NCBI GenBank assembly: GCA_964549315.1
Contig: CAZJUY010000003.1
Span: 45,729-109,728, forward strand
Origin: an uncultured Chitinophaga sp.
Lineage (GTDB): Bacteria > Bacteroidota > Bacteroidia > 2-12-FULL-35-15
Length of the DNA stretch: 64,000 nt
Reading direction: 5' to 3'
Shown here: positions 40,000-48,742 of the stretch, one piece after another
How positions within the stretch are numbered: position 1 is the first letter of the stretch
How the letters are laid out: each line of letters starts with the position of its first letter
Translations under genes and position numbers: made by a program
Notes under the pieces: model-generated
What the model was told of the DNA's origin: nothing
The model's input: the letters and a program-made list of their open reading frames with translations, nothing else
The model's database searches: none

Positions 40000-40470
40000 A
40001 TGACAGAAGAAAAATTCATGAACGAAGCAATTCGACTTTCATTCGAAACAATGAGAAGCGGAAAAGGAGGACCATTTGGCTGTGTAGTTGTAAAAGATGG
40101 AAAAATTATTGCAGAAGGATTTAATCAAGTAACTGCGAATAATGATCCTACAGCACATGCCGAAGTAGTTGCAATTCGAGAAGCGTGCAAAAAGCTAAAT
40201 ACTTTTCAATTAACAGGTTGCGAAATTTATACAAGTTGTGAACCCTGTCCTATGTGCTTAGGAGCAATTTACTGGGCTCGGCCAGATAAATTATTTTATG
40301 CAAATACAAAATCAGATGCGGCTAAAATTGGTTTTGACGATGATTTTATTTATCAAGAAATAAATTTATCTTTAGATAAACGAAAAATACCTACTGCGCA
40401 GATAGGAAGAATGACTGCGTTGAAAGCTTTTGAAGAATGGGAAAACAAAAAAGATAAGATTGAATATTAA
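40000..40470 (+). CDS. CDA-fold nucleoside deaminase (guanine deaminase / TadA-like, 156 aa)
   Basis: HAE...PCPMC zinc-binding motif; ATG abuts the stop of the upstream gene. Confidence 0.8.
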   Translation: MTEEKFMNEAIRLSFETMRSGKGGPFGCVVVKDGKIIAEGFNQVTANNDPTAHAEVVAIREACKKLNTFQLTGCEIYTSCEPCPMCLGAIYWARPDKLFYANTKSDAAKIGFDDDFIYQEINLSLDKRKIPTAQIGRMTALKAFEEWENKKDKIEY

Positions 40471-41337
40471 ATGAAAAAACACCTTTTTATACTTTGCTTC
40501 ATTGTTTCGAATTTTGTTTTTTCACAAGAAGAAATCGATCCATTTCAAAAATACGGACCACCTGACACGCATATTTATACGGATTTAAAAGAAGCAGTAA
40601 AAGAATATAAGCTTGTTTATAAACTAAAGCTTGATCATCAAACATTTGATGTGAAACTATTACCAAAAATTGGAAAACTAACTGAAACACAAGTTTTACA
40701 ATTTACTTCGAATGGATTAACTCAATTACCAACTGAAATTGTGAATTTTAAAAACCTAATTTATTTCAATTGTGTTGGAAATGAAATTACTAGCCTTCCA
40801 AACAATTTTAGCAACTGGCAACAACTTGTTGAATTGCATTTACATGGAACAAAATTAGATTCTATCCCGACAGAAATAGCTTATATAGGTCGGTTAAAAT
40901 TATTGGAAATACAGAACAACAAGGCAGATACATTTTACTTCCCAAATTCTATTGGGTATATGGCTAACCTAAATGAAATAGTACTATTTAATACAACATT
41001 AGACACTTTACCTGATACATTTAGCCAATTCAAAAAACTAAAAAGCTTATCTCTGATAATGTGTAAAATAAATTCAGTACCAAAAGTAATCTGTAAAATG
41101 AACAGCTTAGAGTATCTAAACTTGGATAATAATAATTTAATTGAACTACCAAAAAATATTAATAAACTAAAAAATTTAAAATATTTGTCATTAAGAAACA
41201 ATAAACTATCCTACATTTCAGACTACATCTGTTTTCTTAAAAACCTTGAAGTACTTGATTTAAGAGGAAATAAATTTAAGGAATATGATATTGCAATATT
41301 AAAAGCATTGTTGCCAAAGTGCAGAATATACGTCTAG
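40471..41337 (+). CDS. Secreted leucine-rich-repeat (LRR) protein
   Basis: Signal peptide; ~9 LRR units (LxxLxLxxNxL) such as LEYLNLDNNNLIELPKNINKLKNLKYLSLRNNKL. Confidence 0.75.
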   Translation: MKKHLFILCFIVSNFVFSQEEIDPFQKYGPPDTHIYTDLKEAVKEYKLVYKLKLDHQTFDVKLLPKIGKLTETQVLQFTSNGLTQLPTEIVNFKNLIYFNCVGNEITSLPNNFSNWQQLVELHLHGTKLDSIPTEIAYIGRLKLLEIQNNKADTFYFPNSIGYMANLNEIVLFNTTLDTLPDTFSQFKKLKSLSLIMCKINSVPKVICKMNSLEYLNLDNNNLIELPKNINKLKNLKYLSLRNNKLSYISDYICFLKNLEVLDLRGNKFKEYDIAILKALLPKCRIYV

Positions 41338-42683
41338 ACAATCCTTTTACTAATATAATTGAATCGTAAAAAAAGTAAAATTGCTGCACTTGTTAATCCT
41401 AGCAGCAATCCATACCAAATTCCTTTAACACCAAAATTAAAAACAAATGCAAATACATAACTCATAGGTAATCCAATCACCCAATACGATAACAGTGTTA
41501 TAACTGTTGGAATTTTCACATCTTTTACTCCACGTAAAGCACCTAGAGAAACAACTTGTATTCCATCGCTTATTTGAAAAAAAGCAGCTATAACCAATAA
41601 AGAGGCAGAAATTTTTATCACTTCAAAATCATTTGTAAATAATATTGGCAGTTGATTTCTAAAAACTAAAAACAAAATTGCTGTAATTAACATAAAAACT
41701 ATAACCATAATAAAAGCTGAAAATCCCGCCATCCGAACACCTTCTGAACTTTTTAGTCCCATTTGATTACCAACCTTAACGGATGCAGCTGCTGACAAAC
41801 CACTTGCCATCATGTACGTTACTGCAGCTAAACTCAATGCCACTTGATGAGCTGCTTGTTGTTTATGACCTATCCAACCTATCATCACAACTGCAAATGC
41901 AAATGCTCCTACTTCAAACATCCATTGTAAACCCGAAGGAATACCAATTGCAAGAATTTTTTTTGTAATTTCTTTTGAATAATTTTTCAATGAAAAATCT
42001 TGCCAATAAATTTGATAGCGTTTATTATAATATACATATAAAAACATTGCAATCGCCATCAACATTCGAGCGATAAAGCTTGCCCAACAAGAACCCATCA
42101 AGCCCATTTTAGGAAAACCCCAATGACCAAAAATCATAACATAGTTTAAAACTATATTTAACAAATTTGAAAAAATACTTATCACCATCGCTGTTCTGGT
42201 ATCTGACAGGCCTTCTAAAAATTGTTTTAACCCAGAAAAAAAACAGAGGGGAATCATTCCTAACATCATTACATTCAAAAAAGGAATTGCATTATTCACA
42301 ACTTCTTGTTTTTGATTAAATAAATTTAAAGCGGGTGAAAGAAAAAATAAAAGAACAAATAATAAAATTCCTAATGCAGTATTAATGATTATAGACTGAT
42401 TTAAAAGCTGTGCATTTTCTTTTTGATTATTTGAACCATCGGCAGCAGCAACTAAAGGTGTAACACCATAAGAAACACCTAAACCGAAAACTAATAATAA
42501 AGTGTACAAACTATTTGAAAGTGCCACTGCTGCTTGTTCAACCGTTCCAATTTGCCCTACCATTGCAGTATCTACAACCCCCACAAGTATGTGTCCAAAT
42601 TGACTCATAACGATAGGAAAAGCCAACAAAAAAGTCGATTTATAATTTTTTATATATTCAGGTGATAACATAAAAGCCTGCAA
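41334..42683 (-). CDS. MATE-family multidrug efflux transporter
   Basis: 449 aa; 12 TM helices; typical MATE N-terminus. Confidence 0.85.
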   Translation of the reverse strand: MQAFMLSPEYIKNYKSTFLLAFPIVMSQFGHILVGVVDTAMVGQIGTVEQAAVALSNSLYTLLLVFGLGVSYGVTPLVAAADGSNNQKENAQLLNQSIIINTALGILLFVLLFFLSPALNLFNQKQEVVNNAIPFLNVMMLGMIPLCFFSGLKQFLEGLSDTRTAMVISIFSNLLNIVLNYVMIFGHWGFPKMGLMGSCWASFIARMLMAIAMFLYVYYNKRYQIYWQDFSLKNYSKEITKKILAIGIPSGLQWMFEVGAFAFAVVMIGWIGHKQQAAHQVALSLAAVTYMMASGLSAAASVKVGNQMGLKSSEGVRMAGFSAFIMVIVFMLITAILFLVFRNQLPILFTNDFEVIKISASLLVIAAFFQISDGIQVVSLGALRGVKDVKIPTVITLLSYWVIGLPMSYVFAFVFNFGVKGIWYGLLLGLTSAAILLFLRFNYISKRIV

Positions 42684-42798
42684 ATGTAAATATTTATTAC
42701 AATTGCACTATCGAAACCTAAAAACAGAGTCTATTTTTATAGGATTTTATTGCTAATTTTTGTAGGTTTGATAGATTATAAATTTTAACTCATTAGAA

Positions 42799-45180
42799 AT
42801 GAAAAAAATCAGTTTACTAATTTTCGTTTTATTAATTACCACAACTTTATTTGCTCAAAAAGTTCTTTTACCACAACAATCTTATGATGAGATGAAAAAG
42901 AAAGGGACATTAAAAAATAACGTGGAATATGTGATTATCAATAAAAATGAAAACTTAGCTGCGCCTTCTGTTCCCGTAACGAAAGAACATTTAGATAAAA
43001 TGAATTATAAAAGTGGTGGTGGTGCTACCAGTTGCAGTTGTATCGTTCCATTAGATGGCACTTTTAATGTTGCTGAATTTCAAGGCTACCCTGCTCCAGA
43101 TTATAGAAATGATGATGGATCTACTGCAGCCAAAACAATACCTTTCAACTTTTGTTTATATGGTACTAATTATACGCAACTGTATATAAATAACAATGGC
43201 AATATCTCTTTTGGAGCTCCGTATACTACATTTTCTTCAAATCCATTTCCAGACCCAGCTTATATTATGGTTGCTCCTTTTTGGGGAGATGTAGATACAA
43301 GACCTGCAGCAAGTGGTTTAGTATATTATAAAATTACCCCAACTTATATGATAGTAAAATGGCAAGATGTGGGTTATTACGCTAACCATACTGACAAGAA
43401 AAATACTTTTCAATTAATTATAACAGATGGAACTGATCCTATTTTACCTGGTGGGAACAATATTGCTTTTTGTTATGGTGATATGCAATGGACTACTGGA
43501 GATGCATCTTCTGGAGTAGGAGGATTTGGTGGGATTCCATCTACTGTTGGTGTAAATAAAGGAGATGGAGTTAACTATATCCAAATTGGGCGATTTGATC
43601 AAGCAGGTGCTGCTTATGATGGAGGCTATGGTGCAAATGATGGTGTTAGTTGGTTGGACAATCAGACATTTTATTTTAATTCTTGCAGTGGAACAAATAT
43701 AGCTCCTATAGCAAATGGATTAAATAATTGTGATACAATTCATATTTGTAGTAGTGGTGACACATTAATATTAAATGGGTTATTCTTAGCACCCGAAATT
43801 GGTCAAAATACAACTATTACAATTAATTTAAATAGTACTCCAGGAGCAAGTATTGTGAGTAATACGCCTGGGAACAGTGCAAGCGCCCAAGTGATGATAA
43901 TAGCAAGTGCTGCCAATGCAGGGAATAATGTAATAACATTTACTGCTACGGATGATGGAACTCCTGCTGCTACAACAATTGTGAATGTAAATGTGTATGT
44001 TGATACTACAGGCCTAGCTGGCTTCAACCCTGTTTTAAGTGGCAATTTAGAATTTTGTCAAGGTGGTAGCACTACTTTAACTGTTGCTCCAACAACATAT
44101 GATAGCTATATCTGGAATACAGGATCAACGAATACATCTATTAATGTAAATACAACTGGACAATATTGGGTAACATCAACTTTAAATGGTTGTTCTAAAA
44201 CTAACATTGTTGATGTAACTGTTAATCCTTTACCAACACCAGCTATTACTGGACCTACATTTACTTGTGGCTCGAATCCAACAACACTCACAATAGATTC
44301 ACTATCGTTATATACAGCATATACTTGGTCAAATGCTGCAACAACTAGTTCAATTACAGTATTGAATGGAACATATTCTGTTACCGTAACTGACACAAAC
44401 GGATGTGTTGGAACATCTCCATCTGTAACTGTTACCAATGCGAATCCACAGGTAAATATAACAGGTAATCAATTATTTTGCCCCGGAGATAGTATTCCTT
44501 TAAATGCAGTTCCTACTTTACCTTCTGGTGCTAATTACAGTTGGAATACGGGAGCAAACACTCAAGTTGAGTATATTACATCAGCTGGAACATATTATGT
44601 AAATGTTACTTATGTGAATGGTTGTTTCTGTGGCGATACTGTAACTGTTTCGCAATATGGTTCACCTAATGCAAATTACACTTCTAATCCATTAGGTTCA
44701 TCTCCTCCAAACACACCTGTTAATTTCACGGATTTGTCAAATGTTTCTCCTGGAACCATAACAAATTGGGTTTGGAATTTTGGTGATAGTGTAGGCGTAT
44801 TTAATTTCACCCAAAATCCAATTCATACTTATTCTCAAGATGGAACTTATATTGTTACACTTGCTGTACAAAGCAGTAATGGATGTTGGGATACAATTCA
44901 ATATTCTTATACAGTAGTTTCTGAAGTGTTTGTACCAAATGTATTTACTCCTAATAATGATGGAAGTAATGACTTATTGGTGTTTAGAAATTTAGAATAT
45001 CATCCAAATAGTTCATTAACTATTTTTAATCGTTGGGGAAATAAAATCTATGAAAGTTCAGATTATAAAAACAACTGGAATGGTGATAATCAAAAAGACG
45101 GAGTGTATTACTTTATTTTAAAATTAAGTGACGTTGAAAAACCTATTACTGGTTATGTTCAACTGATTCGAGGAAAATAA
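42799..45180 (+). CDS. Large surface protein with an N-terminal NIDO-like domain, Ig/PKD-like repeats and a T9SS type-B ('gliding motility-associated') C-terminal domain
   Basis: NIDO-like block APFWGDVDTRPAASGLVYY; PKD-like WNFGD...HTYSQDGTY; C-terminus VFVPNVFTPNNDGSNDLLVF...GVYYF. Confidence 0.7.
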   Translation: MKKISLLIFVLLITTTLFAQKVLLPQQSYDEMKKKGTLKNNVEYVIINKNENLAAPSVPVTKEHLDKMNYKSGGGATSCSCIVPLDGTFNVAEFQGYPAPDYRNDDGSTAAKTIPFNFCLYGTNYTQLYINNNGNISFGAPYTTFSSNPFPDPAYIMVAPFWGDVDTRPAASGLVYYKITPTYMIVKWQDVGYYANHTDKKNTFQLIITDGTDPILPGGNNIAFCYGDMQWTTGDASSGVGGFGGIPSTVGVNKGDGVNYIQIGRFDQAGAAYDGGYGANDGVSWLDNQTFYFNSCSGTNIAPIANGLNNCDTIHICSSGDTLILNGLFLAPEIGQNTTITINLNSTPGASIVSNTPGNSASAQVMIIASAANAGNNVITFTATDDGTPAATTIVNVNVYVDTTGLAGFNPVLSGNLEFCQGGSTTLTVAPTTYDSYIWNTGSTNTSINVNTTGQYWVTSTLNGCSKTNIVDVTVNPLPTPAITGPTFTCGSNPTTLTIDSLSLYTAYTWSNAATTSSITVLNGTYSVTVTDTNGCVGTSPSVTVTNANPQVNITGNQLFCPGDSIPLNAVPTLPSGANYSWNTGANTQVEYITSAGTYYVNVTYVNGCFCGDTVTVSQYGSPNANYTSNPLGSSPPNTPVNFTDLSNVSPGTITNWVWNFGDSVGVFNFTQNPIHTYSQDGTYIVTLAVQSSNGCWDTIQYSYTVVSEVFVPNVFTPNNDGSNDLLVFRNLEYHPNSSLTIFNRWGNKIYESSDYKNNWNGDNQKDGVYYFILKLSDVEKPITGYVQLIRGK

Positions 45181-45193
45181 AAAGTTTTAAATA

Positions 45194-45230
45194 AAAAAAT
45201 CCCCGATTATGTTAATCGGGGATTTTTTTA
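45194..45230. terminator. Bidirectional terminator between convergent genes (aaaaatccccgatta / taatcggggattttt)
   Basis: 15-bp stem flanked by A-run and T-run. Confidence 0.7.
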
Positions 45231-45935
45231 TTTTATGTTATGATAAACCTTTTGAACATCATCGTCTTCTTCCAATTTTTCTACTAGATTCATTACTTCT
45301 GCCATTTGTTCATCGCTTAATTCAACAGTAGAAGTTGGAACTCTTTCAAGTTCAGAACTAACAATATTAAAACCCTTTGCCTCCAATGCTTTTTGCATAG
45401 CACCAAAATCTGTAAAAGCTGTATAAATAATGATTTCATTTTCATCGCTTTCTATTTCTTCAGCACCAAAATCAATTAATTCTAACTCTAACTCTTCAGC
45501 ATTAATATTTTCATTTTTCAGGGTAAAAACGCCTTTTCTTTCAAATAAATAATCCAAAGAACCTGTTTTGCCCAGCTCTCCACCATTACGATTAAAATGC
45601 ATACGCACATTTGCAACAGTACGTGTTGGATTATCGGTAGCGCACTCAATTAATATACCTATACCAAACGGCCCTTTCCCTTCATAAACAACTTCTTCTA
45701 ACCCTTTTTCATCTTTTGATGAAGCACGTTTAATTGCTGCTTCTATCCTATCTTTAGGCATATTAATACCTTTTGCATTTTGTACAGCAATACGAAGTCT
45801 TGCGTTTCCATTCGGATCTGGACCACCAAGTTTTACTGCAATTGCAATCTCTTTTCCAGCTCTCGTAAAACCTTTTGCCATTTTATCAAATCTGGCAAAC
45901 ATTTTATGTTTCCGTTTTTCAAATATACGTCCCAT
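45228..45935 (-). CDS. yebC: YebC/PmpR-family transcriptional regulator
   Basis: 235 aa; characteristic N-terminus MGRIFEKRKHKM..AKGFTRAGKEI. Confidence 0.92.
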   Translation of the reverse strand: MGRIFEKRKHKMFARFDKMAKGFTRAGKEIAIAVKLGGPDPNGNARLRIAVQNAKGINMPKDRIEAAIKRASSKDEKGLEEVVYEGKGPFGIGILIECATDNPTRTVANVRMHFNRNGGELGKTGSLDYLFERKGVFTLKNENINAEELELELIDFGAEEIESDENEIIIYTAFTDFGAMQKALEAKGFNIVSSELERVPTSTVELSDEQMAEVMNLVEKLEEDDDVQKVYHNIK

Positions 45936-45988
45936 AATATTTATTAAATAATCAAGTAAACAAATTTAAGAAAAATAAAATCCTAAGA

Positions 45989-47467
45989 TTAATGCTCAAT
46001 AATAATTTTTTGAGCACCCATAATTCTTCCAGAATAATCTATTAAACTTACTATATACATCCCTTTAATAAAAGAACTAACATCAATAAGTTGTGTCCCC
46101 TTAAAAATATCATTGAGTTCTTTTTCAAAAATATTTTCACCTAAAATATTTGAAATTCTTAAAAAATATTTTTTTTCAGTAAAGTTGTTCTTGAAATCAA
46201 CATAAATCATATGGTTAGCAGGATTGGGATAAATATTAAAAAGAAAATTATTGGAAGAGTAGCTATTACTGATTGAAAGTGGAGCATCTATATCTGACGA
46301 AGTAGAGAAGCCTAAAGTATCTGTTTTTATAATATATGCATCTTCAAGAAGATTTGAAGTGTTATTGGTTTGTCCACAGATAAAAAATCCATTATCCTCA
46401 GTAACTTCAATTGAATAGGCATTTTCTTTTTCGTAACTACCAAATGTTGTTGCATTAACAAAAGACCAGTCTTGTCCTAAAACGACTATTAAAACCTCTC
46501 CATTGGCATTTGCAAATCCAAAACTTGTAGTTTTCCCAGTCATTGCAATTTTACCATCCAATCGTTCTGTAATTGATTCAAAACTATCAAAACTCGAACC
46601 TCCAAAGGTGTAGTTAACCCCTGTAATTCCTGAAGTTGAAATTTGATAAACCACACCATCCGAATCCCCGGCTCCTAAACTTTTAGTTTCTCCACATACA
46701 ATATAATAACCCGAACTGCTTTCTAATAAGTCATTTCCAAAATCAGCTTGCACACCACCGAATCTATTTGTCCAAAGCGTATCGCCATTATAATCAATTT
46801 TAACGGTATAAAAATCCCCCAAAGTATCGCCAAGACTTTTTGAAAAACCTGTTACTAAATAAGCATTATCCAAAGTTTCAATAACAGATTTAGCAACATC
46901 TTGTTTTGCTCCACCAAAGGTTTTAGTCCAAGTTGTATCTCCAAGATTATTTGTTTTAACAAGATAATAATCTTCATCTCCATTACCAAAGCTATAGGTA
47001 CTTCCACAAATTAAATATCCTCCATCACTAGTTTGAATAACACTATTTCCAAAATCCCAATCATCGCCACCATAAATTTTAGACCATTGCTCTGTTAAGT
47101 TTGAATCCAATTTAATTAAATAAACATCATATCCACCAACACTAAAACTATTTGTAAACCCAGTAATAATGTACCCATTATCAGCAGTTCTTTTTATACA
47201 ATTTCCTCTATCAACATTTATTCCTCCGTACATCCCATAAATTCCAGGGTTTCCAACCGAATCAACCTTTACAACTAAAACATCTGAATTTCCATTTCCA
47301 TAACTACTAGATGAACCACAAACAATGTAGCCTTTATTTGCTATCTGAAAACCAGACATTGCATAGTCATAGCCTTGAGCTCCAATTTTTTTTCGAAATT
47401 TAATTTGTCCAAAAGCAGAAAAAAAACAAACTAAAAAGACAAACAATATAAAATTATGTTTATTCAT
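45989..47467 (-). CDS. T9SS type-A CTD cargo protein with repeated Gly/Asp-rich beta-propeller-like units
   Basis: Repeats of the Y..G.T.SFG.G..D..L.K.D..G...W type; C-terminal IYPNPANHMIYVDF...GMYIVSL; start chosen at the internal MNKHNF to avoid overlap. Confidence 0.6.
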   Translation of the reverse strand: MNKHNFILFVFLVCFFSAFGQIKFRKKIGAQGYDYAMSGFQIANKGYIVCGSSSSYGNGNSDVLVVKVDSVGNPGIYGMYGGINVDRGNCIKRTADNGYIITGFTNSFSVGGYDVYLIKLDSNLTEQWSKIYGGDDWDFGNSVIQTSDGGYLICGSTYSFGNGDEDYYLVKTNNLGDTTWTKTFGGAKQDVAKSVIETLDNAYLVTGFSKSLGDTLGDFYTVKIDYNGDTLWTNRFGGVQADFGNDLLESSSGYYIVCGETKSLGAGDSDGVVYQISTSGITGVNYTFGGSSFDSFESITERLDGKIAMTGKTTSFGFANANGEVLIVVLGQDWSFVNATTFGSYEKENAYSIEVTEDNGFFICGQTNNTSNLLEDAYIIKTDTLGFSTSSDIDAPLSISNSYSSNNFLFNIYPNPANHMIYVDFKNNFTEKKYFLRISNILGENIFEKELNDIFKGTQLIDVSSFIKGMYIVSLIDYSGRIMGAQKIIIEH

Positions 47468-47468
47468 A

Positions 47469-48734
47469 TTATCTAAAATTTTTAACCAATGATACATAAG
47501 CGCCCATTCCTCCGGCTTTATTGGGTGCTATAAGACCTTCTAAATTATTGCTTCCTAAATAAAACATATATCCTTTTCCTATGTTGCCGTATAAACCCAA
47601 CCCATAATTAAAATTTCCATAACCACCCCAAGCAAATGTTGTAGAAATATTTATATTTTTATTTATCCAGCAATCTGCTTTAGCGTATAATAATAAATTA
47701 TAATTACCATTGTAAACATATCTTGCTCCTTCTGCTAAACCAAATCTTTTGTTTAATTGAATTCGGTAATCTATTGTTAAAATTGTAGGCAAAGTATAAG
47801 TAACAGATTGTTTTTTAAATGGTGCTATTTTTTTTGTTATTGAATCCTGAGATGTTGCATTAAATGTTGAATCTTGTAAATCATAAATGTTATTTATTTG
47901 AAATCCTTCAAAATGAAATGTAGAATCTTGATTTAAATAAAGAGAATTTTTATTAAACCGTATCAAACCAATATCAGAGACCGAAACAGATAGTTTAGCA
48001 TCTCCAATTTTAGTTTTAAATGGTGCTTCAAAAAAAATGTCGATACTCGCTCCTGCTCCATTAAATGCGCTAATTCCTTTTTTAGCAGTATCACTTTGTG
48101 CAATTTGCATCTCAGTTTCAAAATCAATGTATTGCCCATCTTCACTAGTAAATAAGTTTGCTTTTTTTGCATAAATAGATGCATACTGTTCTCCTTTTAA
48201 AAAAGATACAGATACTCCAAATCGAGTTGCACTATCTAAACGAGAAGAAAAAAAACCAAATTGCACCTGCTGATACCTAACAAAATTCATATTAAAATCA
48301 CTCAAATTGGCAGTTTTTCCGGCAAATTGAGAATTACCATAAAAAGCCAACTTATAAAAGTCTTTTGAAAAGCGTGTGTCAAAATGCTGTCTATCTCTCA
48401 AAGAAAAAAAGAAGCTAATATTTTTCTTATGCATAAAAGAGTCGGGAGCAAATGCAGCGTAAATACCATAATTCACATCAGCTCCTACTCTGTTTTTCTG
48501 TTTTACCCTATCTAAAACAACATTTTTTAGTTCGTTGTCTACGTAGCCACCGTTATAAAATTTGTTAAAGAAATCTACTGTTAAACAATTTGAATTTATT
48601 CCAAAATCGCCAGCAATACCCACTCTGTATTTTGCAGAATCTGGAAATTCATCAGAAAAAATAATAGACATTTGAGAGTTTGCAATTGTACTTATAAACA
48701 AAAACAGAGAAAGTATATATCCTACCTTTTTCAC
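47469..48734 (-). CDS. Hypothetical outer-membrane (beta-barrel-like) protein
   Basis: Signal peptide; alternating amphipathic strands; C-terminal ...YVSLVKNFR. Confidence 0.5.
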   Translation of the reverse strand: MKKVGYILSLFLFISTIANSQMSIIFSDEFPDSAKYRVGIAGDFGINSNCLTVDFFNKFYNGGYVDNELKNVVLDRVKQKNRVGADVNYGIYAAFAPDSFMHKKNISFFFSLRDRQHFDTRFSKDFYKLAFYGNSQFAGKTANLSDFNMNFVRYQQVQFGFFSSRLDSATRFGVSVSFLKGEQYASIYAKKANLFTSEDGQYIDFETEMQIAQSDTAKKGISAFNGAGASIDIFFEAPFKTKIGDAKLSVSVSDIGLIRFNKNSLYLNQDSTFHFEGFQINNIYDLQDSTFNATSQDSITKKIAPFKKQSVTYTLPTILTIDYRIQLNKRFGLAEGARYVYNGNYNLLLYAKADCWINKNINISTTFAWGGYGNFNYGLGLYGNIGKGYMFYLGSNNLEGLIAPNKAGGMGAYVSLVKNFR

Positions 48735-48742
48735 AAAAAATA

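Noticed and set aside
33939-41337. Prophage endolysin or holin cassette, from the amidase plus glycosidase pairing
   Set aside because: No phage structural, holin or integrase genes are present. Both enzymes have signal peptides and T9SS CTDs, meaning active export rather than lysis from within.
40499-44438. Small ORFs within the LRR, MATE and NIDO/T9SS-B genes
   Set aside because: Embedded or antisense.
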